Part shown: positions 19,530 through 29,400 of the stretch, one piece after another
How the letters are laid out: each line of letters begins with the position of its first letter
How positions within the stretch are numbered: the stretch's first letter is position 1
NCBI GenBank assembly: GCA_947449135.1
Contig: CANFQO010000001.1
Span: 84,946 to 148,945, forward strand
Direction: 5' to 3'
From: Planctomycetaceae bacterium
GTDB taxonomy: Bacteria > Planctomycetota > Planctomycetia > Pirellulales > UBA1268
Length of the DNA: 64,000 nucleotides
The notes under the pieces: model-generated
What the model saw: only the letters and a program-made list of their open reading frames with translations
Databases searched by the model: none
Told to the model about the DNA's origin: nothing
Position numbers and translations under genes: made by a program

Positions 19530-21635
19530 CTAGATGACCGTCAGGCCGGTGCGGATCGCGGAATTCAGTACTCCCAGGCTCATGGCGGCCGCCACCGCGG
19601 CGAGGACGGCCTGCGGTTCGACAGGTTCGGCCGACGCCACCTCCGCGAGGGGCAGGAGTTGTTCGCTGATGCCGTCGTGGTCGTGAACGATCTGACCTGC
19701 GCGGACCGCGATGCGATGGCCAGCGGCAGTAGCTCCCGCGGGAGCACCGGGGGTAGCCACCGTGATCACCGCCCGGCCACTGCGGTGCGCCAGTGCGGCC
19801 AGCTCGCGATCGGAATCAAGCACGACGATCGTTCCCTTCGTATCAACCGCCTTGATCATCGTCTCCATCACCCCCAGGAACCCGTCTTCCTGCGGGGACG
19901 ACGATGCCGGCAGATCTCCAGCGGCAGGAGAGAGAAGAACGAGCGTCTGCCAGCAGTCCGTGGGCAGCCCTTGGCCTGCAGCCGACCGCCAATCGATTTC
20001 AAACACCGCGGACTCGATTTCGGGTGACATCAGGACATCCCTCGCCGCGGCTGGGGTGGCGAGCGATTCCGCGGAGCAACGCCAGCCAGCCACCCACTTG
20101 CCAACAGCGCACGTGAGTCCCGGCGTGCTCTGGTTAGCACGGAGAATCCGTTCCAGCAGGATCGCCGTCGTGGTAGCCGACTGACCTACGACGGCCGTGA
20201 TCGGAATTCTGCCCGTTTCACCGGGGCCAAACAGTTCCTCCACGATCGCCTCGCCGATCGGCTGCCCGGGTCCGGACGGGGGAAGGGCATGGATGAGCAG
20301 CTGTGGTCCGGCATTCACCTCGCAGACCTTCGCTCCCTGCTCCGCAAACGGCCGGCTGATGTCGACGGCGACGAGGTCGATGCCGGCGATGTCGAGGCCT
20401 ACTGTCCTCGCCGCTCGCACCGCCGCCGCGGCGATCTCCGGATGCACTTCCGCCGTCACATCGGGACCGTGCGAGCCGATCTGCTTGACGAGCACCCGCC
20501 GACCGGCCGCCGGCACGGTCTGCGGTTCGACTCCCTCCTGGGCGAGCTGGGTCAAGACCGTGGCATCGATGTCGACCGTCTTGTTGGGCATCGTTTCCGA
20601 ACGGCCGCGGCGCGAGTCGCAGTTGATCTGGATGTCGATAAGCTCGGCGATGGTTCGCTGCCCGTCGCCGGTAACGAAGAGATGCTCCCCCCGGGCGCAG
20701 GCCACCAGCCTCGAGCCGATGATGAGCAGCCGGTGCTCGACCCCCGGCACGAACTGCTCGACGATGACGGCAATGCCGCGTCGACCACCGTCGAGGGCGA
20801 CGGGAAACGCCTGCTCGATTTCCTCACGCGTGGAGAGATTGAGGAACACGCCGCGGCCATGGTTGCCATCCAATGGCTTCATGACGACCGGCGTGCCCAC
20901 GGTCTGGGCCGCCTCCCACGCCTCGGCCGCCGTCGTCACCACCCGGCCTCGCGGCACGGGCACGCCGGCAGCCTCCAGGAGTTGCTTGGTGAGCTGCTTG
21001 TCGCGTGAGATGGACTCGGCAATCGCCGGAGTGCGGTCGCTCTCGGCCGTCCAGATCCGGCGATGCCGCGCCCCCTGGCCGAGCTGCACGAGGCTCCATT
21101 CGCTCATGCGGAGCCAGGGAATGCCGCGGGCCTCGGCGGCCCGCACGATCAACATCGTGCTCGGGCCAAGACAGACGTCGTCAGCGCGTTCGACCAGTTC
21201 CTCGAGAAGCTCCCCGAGTTCGAGCGGTTGACCTGCACGTGCGTCATTGATGATCACAGCAGCGTGCCGCAGGCAGTCCGCCGCGAGCAGCCGATCCCGG
21301 GCTTCGATCACAACGCGAAACTGAAGGGGTTCAGCGGTGTTCAGCACCCGCAGATACCTCACGTCCGGTGGCCGGGCATGGCTCTGCAGGGCGAGCGCAA
21401 CTTCGGCCAGGAGCCGCGGCCAGCGGATGTCGCCGGCACCACTGTCGCGACTCGCGTCGTTGGAAAACCGACCAAAAAGCGTCTGGCGACCAGGCAGGGC
21501 GGCGTCGATCCGTTCCACGACGTCGGCGAGTGCCGTCGGCGACTCCGAAGGACCACTGCGAACGGTGGCGTCAAGCACCTCCGTCGTGGTCCAGACGTTG
21601 GGCGCCCACACGTGCCGGGTCGAGCAGATCTCCAT
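19530..21635 (-). CDS. Cyanophycin synthetase-like protein (N + ATP-grasp G domain, degenerate/truncated Mur-ligase M domain; CphA2-like)
   Basis: ATP-grasp blocks match CphA: RDKQLTKQLLEAAGVPVP, TPVVMKPLDGNHGRGVF, IVEQFVPGVEHRLLIIG and VCEVNAGP. The M-domain entry GRIPITAVVGQSATTT replaces the Mur-ligase P-loop GTNGKTT. The protein ends about 200 aa after it. Start at ATG 21635 (MEICSTRHVWAPNVW, GAGGAA upstream). Confidence 0.75.
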   Translation of the reverse strand: MEICSTRHVWAPNVWTTTEVLDATVRSGPSESPTALADVVERIDAALPGRQTLFGRFSNDASRDSGAGDIRWPRLLAEVALALQSHARPPDVRYLRVLNTAEPLQFRVVIEARDRLLAADCLRHAAVIINDARAGQPLELGELLEELVERADDVCLGPSTMLIVRAAEARGIPWLRMSEWSLVQLGQGARHRRIWTAESDRTPAIAESISRDKQLTKQLLEAAGVPVPRGRVVTTAAEAWEAAQTVGTPVVMKPLDGNHGRGVFLNLSTREEIEQAFPVALDGGRRGIAVIVEQFVPGVEHRLLIIGSRLVACARGEHLFVTGDGQRTIAELIDIQINCDSRRGRSETMPNKTVDIDATVLTQLAQEGVEPQTVPAAGRRVLVKQIGSHGPDVTAEVHPEIAAAAVRAARTVGLDIAGIDLVAVDISRPFAEQGAKVCEVNAGPQLLIHALPPSGPGQPIGEAIVEELFGPGETGRIPITAVVGQSATTTAILLERILRANQSTPGLTCAVGKWVAGWRCSAESLATPAAARDVLMSPEIESAVFEIDWRSAAGQGLPTDCWQTLVLLSPAAGDLPASSSPQEDGFLGVMETMIKAVDTKGTIVVLDSDRELAALAHRSGRAVITVATPGAPAGATAAGHRIAVRAGQIVHDHDGISEQLLPLAEVASAEPVEPQAVLAAVAAAMSLGVLNSAIRTGLTVI

Positions 21636-21858
21636 GCCGCGTTCCTCGTCTCCGTTCTCAAACTCGCTGAAGCAGCCAGACCGCTCCTGCGCTGAATCGT
21701 CATACCGCCGTCGGCAGTCCTGTTGGCACCCCCGAGGAACCACAACGAACGCTTCGACGGGGCCGGTTATACGTCGCCTCTCCCGCCGCCGCCACCCGGA
21801 AATGCAGCACGACGCTCACCGTGTCTTGGATACTGACGTGCAGCGACCGAACCGACGA

Positions 21859-24696
21859 TCAGGGCTGTAAAACACCCGCCGGGGCAGCCTCCGGCTTCGC
21901 CGCACTGCCCCGTTCTTTCGGGCCATCCCGCCAGAGCGGCTCGATCATGCTGGAGTCGATCGTCTCCCACGCGGCCGCGAGCTCACGGAGCTTCTCCGGA
22001 TGTTTCTCGGCGAGGTTCTCCTGCTCGCCGATGTCGTTCCTCAGGTTGTAGAGCTGAGCGCCAACGGTGGTGGCCCGGCCATCACGGGAGCCGCGGGTGA
22101 CGCCGCCGCCCTCAGGAGCCTTCACGAGCTTCCAGTCGCCCCTGCGGAGTGCTATCTGTGGACCAAATCGCCAGTACAGCGAGTCGTGGGGATCGGCCGA
22201 ATCGCTTCCCGTGAGGCACGGCAACAGGTTGACGCCGTCGAGCTTCTCGTTGTCGGCAAGAGTCACGCCGGCGGCCGCGAGCGCCGTGGGCAGGATGTCG
22301 AGCTGGATCACGGGCCGATCGTCTACCGTGCTGGCGGGAAGACGGCCCTTCCACTGCATCAGAAAAGGAACGCGGATGCCCCCCTCCCAGGTCTGCGACT
22401 TGAAGCCTCGCAGGGGCCCGTTGCCCGACGTGATGGAGGCGGTGGGGCCACCATTGTCGCTGAAAAACACCACGAGCGTGTCATCTTCAAGACCGTTACG
22501 ACGGAGGGAGTCGAGCGTGACGCCGACGGCATCGTCCATCGCCGACAGCATCGCCGCAAAGGTCCGCCGCTTCGGGTCCTCGATATCTGCGAACCGGGCG
22601 AGATACTTCTCGGTCGCCTGCAGCGGCGCATGCACGGCGTTGAAGGCGAGGTAACAGAGCCACGGGCCGTCCTTGTGCCGTTCGATGAAGTCCGCCGCCT
22701 CGCGGCCGAACGCATCGGTCGCGTAGTCGATCTCGGCAATCGGGGCCGTGCCACGGACAATCGGGTCTGCAGGATCCCCTCCCGCACTGAAGAAATCGTG
22801 CTTGCCGCCTAGAAAACCGTAGAACTCATCGAAGCCTCGCCGCAGCGGATGAAACTGCGGCGCATAGCCCTGGTGCGACTTTCCGATCCAGCCCGTGGCG
22901 TAGCCCGCGGACCGGAGGCGGTTACCGATCGTCGTCTCCGTGACCGGGAGGCCGACCGTCGGCGGAGTCAATGCCGCCGGCCCCGGATTGAATTCGTGAC
23001 CGAACCGCTGCTGATACCGGCCTGTCAACAGGCCGGCCCGCGTGGGACTGCAGTAGGGACAGCTGACATAGCCGCTGGTGAATCGCACGCCATTGGAGGC
23101 GATGCTGTCGATGTTCGGCGTGGGAATCTCACGCGTGAATCCCTGACAGCCCAACTCCCCGTAACCGAGATCATCGGCGACGACGACGAGCACGTTCGGC
23201 TGCCGCGGGACCGCACGCGAGACGGGCTCGCCGGCTCCCGGACGCGTAAACCCACGCTCCCGCGCCGCAGAAAGCATCTGCTTCATCGACCCGACGATCG
23301 CGGCATTATCGGCTGCCACGTCATGCTGCTCCGCAGGATCGAGGCGGAGATTGAAGAGCTCGTCGTGAGTGGGAGCGTCGGCGTCGTGCTTGGGGGGACG
23401 TTTCGTGGGGCGGCGCTCGCAGGGTGGCGCTCCCACACGTTCGACCAGCTTCCAATCACCCTGCCGCAGGGAATAGACCGCGCTGGCAGCCTGCAGAATC
23501 ACGTGATCCCGCACGGGCGGCCCCGGGGCCGCCTCGGTGAATGCTCTGAGCACACTGAAGCTGTCTTCGGCAGCACCCTTCGGCAGCGTCGCGCCGAGAA
23601 TCTCGGCGAACGTGGCGACCATGTCGGTCAGCCCGATCACCTGATCACTCACGGTGCCGGCCGGCACCCGTCCGGGCCAGCGGACGAGGAACGGCTCGCG
23701 GAAGCCGCCCTCGTATTCGGAGTGCTTGCCTCCGCGGAGCGGCCCGTTGATGGCGAGCCCGGCGTCGAGCGCACGGATGACGTTCTCATTCTTCCTGTCG
23801 ACGATGCCACCGTTGTCGCTGGTAAACACGATGAGCGTGTTGTCGGCGATTTCGAGCCGATCGAGCGTGGCGAGCAGTTGGCCGACGCTCCAATCGAGTT
23901 CTTGAATGAAGTCTCCATAGCTGCCCAAGCTGCTGCCAGTGAAACCCGGGCTGGGGACGATCGGCCCATGCACCGCGTTGGGGGCGAAGTAGACGAAGAA
24001 CGGCTCCGCCCGATGCGACTCGATCCAGCCAGTCGCCTTGGCCGTCAACGTCTGCATGATCTGGTTGGGCTCGAACTGCCGCGAGATGCCCGTCGTTCCA
24101 GCGGGCGTGACGGCGACGGGCTCTCCCGGAACACGATCCACGATCCGGTCGTCTTCGATGAACGAGTGCGGCCCGTTGTTGGGATTGGCGGCGAGTCCGA
24201 AGAAGGTGTCGAAGCCAACCGCCAACGGACCGGGTGACAGGGGCCGGTTCCAGTCTGTGGCCAGGGTCCCCGACTGGAGGCCGAGGTGCCATTTCCCGAA
24301 TGCCGCTGTCTGGTATCCCCGGCTCTTGCAGAGCGACGCGAGGGTGAACCGGTTGGTCTCGATATGGAGGGGGGAGTCGACGGGCAGCACCTCCCCGTCC
24401 TTGATGTTCGTGCGCCAGTAATAGCGGCCGGTCATCAGTCCGTAGCGAGACGGCGAACAGACCGACCCCGGCGCGTAGGCGTTGGTGAATCGACGGCCCT
24501 CACGGGCCAGGCGATCAAGGTTCGGGGTCTGAATTCCCTTGGCACCGTAGCAGGCGGAACTGCCCCAGCCAAAATCGTCCGCCAGAATGACCACGATGTT
24601 CGGCTGTGTCGGCTTCGCTTCACCGGCCTGTGTGATCGTCGACGTACACGTGCCGATGCCCGCCACGAGAAGTGCGACGAGCAATCTGACGTGCAT
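21859..24696 (-). CDS. Tandem (two-domain) sulfatase
   Basis: Two complete sulfatase modules in one ORF. The first has NIVVILADDFGWG...CSPSRYGLMTGRY, the second NVLVVVADDLGYG...CSPTRAGLLTGRY. Signal peptide MHVRLLVALLVAGIGTC from ATG 24696; the longest ORF (24780) runs into the repeat. Confidence 0.88.
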   Translation of the reverse strand: MHVRLLVALLVAGIGTCTSTITQAGEAKPTQPNIVVILADDFGWGSSACYGAKGIQTPNLDRLAREGRRFTNAYAPGSVCSPSRYGLMTGRYYWRTNIKDGEVLPVDSPLHIETNRFTLASLCKSRGYQTAAFGKWHLGLQSGTLATDWNRPLSPGPLAVGFDTFFGLAANPNNGPHSFIEDDRIVDRVPGEPVAVTPAGTTGISRQFEPNQIMQTLTAKATGWIESHRAEPFFVYFAPNAVHGPIVPSPGFTGSSLGSYGDFIQELDWSVGQLLATLDRLEIADNTLIVFTSDNGGIVDRKNENVIRALDAGLAINGPLRGGKHSEYEGGFREPFLVRWPGRVPAGTVSDQVIGLTDMVATFAEILGATLPKGAAEDSFSVLRAFTEAAPGPPVRDHVILQAASAVYSLRQGDWKLVERVGAPPCERRPTKRPPKHDADAPTHDELFNLRLDPAEQHDVAADNAAIVGSMKQMLSAARERGFTRPGAGEPVSRAVPRQPNVLVVVADDLGYGELGCQGFTREIPTPNIDSIASNGVRFTSGYVSCPYCSPTRAGLLTGRYQQRFGHEFNPGPAALTPPTVGLPVTETTIGNRLRSAGYATGWIGKSHQGYAPQFHPLRRGFDEFYGFLGGKHDFFSAGGDPADPIVRGTAPIAEIDYATDAFGREAADFIERHKDGPWLCYLAFNAVHAPLQATEKYLARFADIEDPKRRTFAAMLSAMDDAVGVTLDSLRRNGLEDDTLVVFFSDNGGPTASITSGNGPLRGFKSQTWEGGIRVPFLMQWKGRLPASTVDDRPVIQLDILPTALAAAGVTLADNEKLDGVNLLPCLTGSDSADPHDSLYWRFGPQIALRRGDWKLVKAPEGGGVTRGSRDGRATTVGAQLYNLRNDIGEQENLAEKHPEKLRELAAAWETIDSSMIEPLWRDGPKERGSAAKPEAAPAGVLQP

Positions 24697-24753
24697 ACGT
24701 CGGGAACTCCTGAGGGGTAGAAACAGTGGGCCGCTCGATCGCATCTGTGTTTT

Positions 24754-24847
24754 GTCTCGCACCGGCTTCGGGGGCGGCAAAAGTCTCGTCGCGGGGGCCG
24801 CGGCGGCCCAACGCTCCTCGAGCTTCCGCCGACCCCCTCGCCTACGT
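24754..24847. repeat. GC-rich intergenic repeat, copy 3; right arm of 94-bp perfect inverted repeat
   Basis: Exact reverse complement of 19420-19513. It lies between the DUF1501 stop (24893) and the sulfatase start (24696). Confidence 0.95.
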
Positions 24848-24892
24848 ATCCAAGTCTACGAACTTGTCGGGATATCTACCTGAGGCGAGCTA

Positions 24893-26383
24893 CTAGGCGA
24901 TGATCTGGCGGATCGGGTGCCCGTGCACGTCAGTGAGGCGGTAGTCCCGCCCCCCGTGCCGATAGGTCAATTCCTCATGATCGATGCCCAGCAGGTGCAG
25001 CACCGTGGCCCACATGTCGTAGACCGTGCATACGCCCTCGATGGCGTGATATCCAAACTCGTCGGTGGCCCCATGGATCGTGCCCCCCTTGGCGCCCCCT
25101 CCAGCCAGCCAGACGGTAAACCCTTGAGGATTGTGATCGCGACCGTCGGCGCCCTGGCAGAACGGCGTTCGCCCGAACTCCCCAGCCCAGACCACCAGCG
25201 TGGAATCAAGCAGCCCCCGATCCCGGAGGTCGGCGATCAGCGCTGCGATCGGCTGATCGACCTGTGCCGCCATCTGCGTGTGACCTACCTTGACACCCTT
25301 GTGCTGATCCCAGGGGTTGTTGGCTGAACCGTAGCCGTTCTCCGAGCGCAGGCAGCTCAGTTCGACGAACCGCACGCCACGCTCAACCAGACGCCGGGCC
25401 AGCAGACACTGGCGGCCGTAATCGGCGGTGCGATGGGATGTTACATTGAGCCCGTATCGCTCTTTCGTCGCTTCCGTCTCGTCAGAAATATCGCAGAGTT
25501 CGGGTACCTCGCTCTGCATGCGAAATGCCGTTTCGGCATTATGAATGGCGGCCTCGATGGTGGGGTCGCGGTCGGCCTCGGCGAGAAAATCGCGATCGAA
25601 TCCCGCCACGAAATCGAGCCGGCGACGCTGCGCTGCGAGAGTTCCAAGCGGTCGGATGTTGGCGATCGCCTCGGCGGCATCGGCCTTGATGATCGACGCC
25701 TGATGCTGGCCCGGCAGAAACGCGTTGCTGAACAGGCCCACGCCGCCGTGAGGCGTTTCGGCCTTGCCGCTCTGCAGCACCACGTAGCCGGGCATGTCGG
25801 CGTTCTCGCTGCCCAACCCGTAGGAGGCCCAGGCGCCCGCGCTTGGGAATCCCAGGAAGGGGAAGCCGGTGTGCATCACGTAGTTGCCCTGCGCGTGCTC
25901 GTTGACCGTCGTGGTCATCGACCGCACCACCGCCAGTTCGTCGACCACGCCGGCAATGTGTGGAAACATGGTGCTCACGGGGATGCCACTCTGCCCCCAC
26001 TGTTTGAACTCGAACGGGCTGGCCATGATGTTGCCGTTGTCGTTGAACTGCGTCCGCTCCACTTTCATTGGCATCGGCTTGCCGTCATCGATCGCCAGCC
26101 GCGGCTTTGGGTCGAAGGAATCGACCTGCGAGACGCCGCCCGACATGAAGCAGAAAATCACGTTCTTCGCCTTGGCGGGGTGATGCAGCTGTCGCAGCGC
26201 AGCGCCGGCCGGCAGAGGAGTCGGGTCGCCGACCGTTGCGGCCCGGGCGGACTGTGCCAGCAAGGCCGACAGTGCCACGCCACCAAACCCCGTTGAGCAG
26301 GTTTCGAGCAATCGCCGCCGCGACCATTGGCCGCTGAAGGGGCCTTTGATGCCGCACTGATGGGCGTGTTGTGAACGTGACAT
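24893..26383 (-). CDS. DUF1501 family protein (TAT signal)
   Basis: Leader [24 protein letters not shown]. The blocks [20 protein letters not shown] and WDQHKG...[11 protein letters not shown]...GRDHNP make it a paralog of 8205-9644. Confidence 0.87.
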   Translation of the reverse strand: MSRSQHAHQCGIKGPFSGQWSRRRLLETCSTGFGGVALSALLAQSARAATVGDPTPLPAGAALRQLHHPAKAKNVIFCFMSGGVSQVDSFDPKPRLAIDDGKPMPMKVERTQFNDNGNIMASPFEFKQWGQSGIPVSTMFPHIAGVVDELAVVRSMTTTVNEHAQGNYVMHTGFPFLGFPSAGAWASYGLGSENADMPGYVVLQSGKAETPHGGVGLFSNAFLPGQHQASIIKADAAEAIANIRPLGTLAAQRRRLDFVAGFDRDFLAEADRDPTIEAAIHNAETAFRMQSEVPELCDISDETEATKERYGLNVTSHRTADYGRQCLLARRLVERGVRFVELSCLRSENGYGSANNPWDQHKGVKVGHTQMAAQVDQPIAALIADLRDRGLLDSTLVVWAGEFGRTPFCQGADGRDHNPQGFTVWLAGGGAKGGTIHGATDEFGYHAIEGVCTVYDMWATVLHLLGIDHEELTYRHGGRDYRLTDVHGHPIRQIIA

Positions 26384-26434
26384 TGCTTCCTCGTGCTTTC
26401 AGGCCGATGGAACGGCCTGCTTCCCGTCCGCCTG

Positions 26435-29400
26435 CTACCGCAGGTAGATGAATTCCTTCAACAAAAAGATTGCCCGACCGACCTCCGTCCACCCCGCCAG
26501 CCGCGGGTCAGAAATCGCCTTCTCACCCGTCTGCTCGACCAAGGAGGCCGCCAGGGCCTGCAGCTTCTCCAGTTGCGTGCGTGCCGCGACAACCCGCTGG
26601 CGTTCGGATGGCTGCAGGCTCTCGAACACCTGCTCATCGGTCATCGCACCCTGTGCCGTCGCCATGAAGTCGGCCTGCACATCCTGTTCGCCCAGCGCCC
26701 TGTCGTAGAGCGCGGCCGAAAATATCTGGCCTGACAGCATGCGGTCAGGCTGCGCAGGGAGATGGCGGACACCGAACGACACGATCGTCTCACCGGAGGC
26801 AAACTCTTGCGGCGAAGGCGACTCGGACCTGTAGGGCTTTCCATAGGGCATGCCATTGCGGTAGCCGCGGATCGTGCCGTCGGCGGTGTACGTTACGGCC
26901 AGATGCACCGGCCGCGACACCGCCTCTTTTTCCGGTGATCCACCAAACGGTTTGGTACGGAGGTAATGATCGCTCCCAGCCAGCCATTCGCCCGGCACCT
27001 GCTCGCCGAACACGATCGCATCGAACCGCTCGCCGCCGCTGGTCTGGATCGTCATCACACCGCCACCCCGCTGCTCGAGGTTCGACAACTGCACCCATGC
27101 AACCAGCGTTTTTTCACGCAGCGAGCGGCTCAGCGGCGCCGTCACAGCGTGGGCCGTGCCCGCGAGCACGAGGGAGCCGCCGTCCACCCTGGCTCCGTCC
27201 CGGAGCGTAACCGCCATACCGCCGAGCAGATCATCGAGGCCCTTGGCAAAATCCCAGCGGCTCATCGGCCCGGGCGGTGCAGGGACGGGCGTTCCTGTCG
27301 TCGTCGCCGTCGACACGCGTACCCTGGCTGCAGTGAACACCTCCGACACGGTTGACGTCAGCGCCGCCTGCTCGGCACGAATCGACGCAAGACGGGATGC
27401 GCTGTCGGAAGTGTCCTGCTGCGTGCTCGCGAGCAGCTGCCGCGTGCGACTCAGTTCTTCCGGCGAGGCTGACCGACCAAGTGCCGACACGAACATCTTC
27501 TGCAGGCGGTCGTCATCGGTGGCGAGCGATCCGTCGGCGAGGATCTGTTCGGCCCAAGTCCGCGCCAGTTCGGTGATCCGCTTGTCGTTGAGCAGATAGA
27601 GCGCCTGAGCGGGCACGTTGGTGACGTCACGACAGCCCACTGAACTGGCGGGCTCGGGAAAGTCGAAGACTCGCAGCAGCGGATCGATCGCGTTTCGGGC
27701 AACGCGGACGTAGACGCTGCGCCGCTCGCCACCACCAGGCTGCATCGAGCCAAACATCTTCCGGTCGAGACTGCCCGACGCCGCCAGCAGGCTGTCGCGG
27801 ACCGACTCCGCCTCCAACCGCCGGACGAAGGCATGCGACAGGAGCCGGTTTTCTGGATCGGCCAGGCTCGCCTCCGAGTTGGCCTGTGAATCGAGGCGCC
27901 AGGTGCGCGATGTCACGATGTGACGGATGAGGGTCTTGAGCGACCAGCCATTCGTTTCCAGATACCGCGCCAGTTCATCCAGCAGGGCCGGGTGTGTGGG
28001 AGTCGGTCCGAGGTGGCCGAGGTTGTCGGGCGTGGCGGCCAATCCGCGGCCAAACACGTGGTGCCAGATGCGGTTGGCGATGACGCGACGGGTAAGCGGA
28101 TTGTCTTGCCGTAGCAGGTCGCTGGCCAACTGCAATCGGCCACTGTTCATTGATCGATACGGCGTGGCGTCGATCACCGACAGAAACCCTCGCGGCACCG
28201 AATCGCCCGGCTTCTTGTGGTCGCCCCTGGCCAGGAGCGGCTGGTCGCGGCCGACGCTCTCCTCCATGGCCGGCACCCGCTCGGCAGGGACGATTTCAGC
28301 CTCCAGCCGCCGGTATGTCTCGATCAGGGGCAGGGCGTCGGCGAGTTTTTCAATCGTGTTCTCGAGCAGTTCTTCCCCGACGCAGGCATCGAGCAGAAGT
28401 GCCTGCGAATCGCTCGCGGTGCCATCCATCCACGCCCGAATGGACCGCTCAAGAGCCCGCAGATAGCAGGCCCGCAGATCGGCGGCCGTTTGCGGCCTCG
28501 TCGCCAGAGCCTCATCGAGAATCGCTGCCTGCTTCTCGTCAGCGATGGAAGGCGGCGCGGGCTGCTGCTTCTCGACCAGCACCGCCTCACGGACTGAGAA
28601 CCACGACCGCTCGCGATTGCTCAGCGGAAGCGGCATGTCACGGGACGTGGCCAGTTCTACGTGGATGTCGTCACCCGTCCAATAGTCCAGGTCGTAGGTG
28701 TACCACTTCCACTCAGGAGACAGGTTGTCCAGGGGATAGATCCGGCCGAGTCGCGTGTAGTTTTGGATCACGGGCCGCAACGTGGCTCCGTCTCCTCCCG
28801 CTGCCAGCACGCGGAGCGAGTATTCCTTGTCGAGCCGCATGGTTGGCGACGTGAAGCGACCTCCGTGCTTCGTGGAGAGCGTGTGCGTCTTCACGCTTGC
28901 CGGCCAGACCCGCGAGATCGCCTTCGGTCCCTCGGGTGCAATCGCGAAATCACCGGCATCACTCTGCAGGTCCGTGCTTCCATCGGACGCTGTCTTCAGG
29001 CCGCTGCCAGATCGGAACCACTTCGCCGCATCGTCGGCCTCACCGTTCCCGGCGCCGAACTGCCAGCGGGCGAGCGACGGCGTTTCCCGCGAGCCGGTTC
29101 GTTGCGTCCGGGCAGCGGCCCACGCTTCGATCTGCCCCTGAACGACCTCCGCCTCGCTCTTGCCCTCCGCTCCATCGCCGTCCGTGCGGGCCTGCTCGGC
29201 CGCATAGAGGGGATGCATCAAGCTGGAAGCCTTTTCCGCAGTCCGCCACGGGGCATCGGCAGCCTCCATCCGAGCAGCCAGAGCCGGCAGCGAATCAAGC
29301 CACTGAGTTGCGATCTTCTGCCGAATGGCCGGCTTCAGTGCCGCCAACTCTGCTTGATGTCTTGCCTGCACGTCGGGAGTCGCGATTTCCAGTCGCCCTG

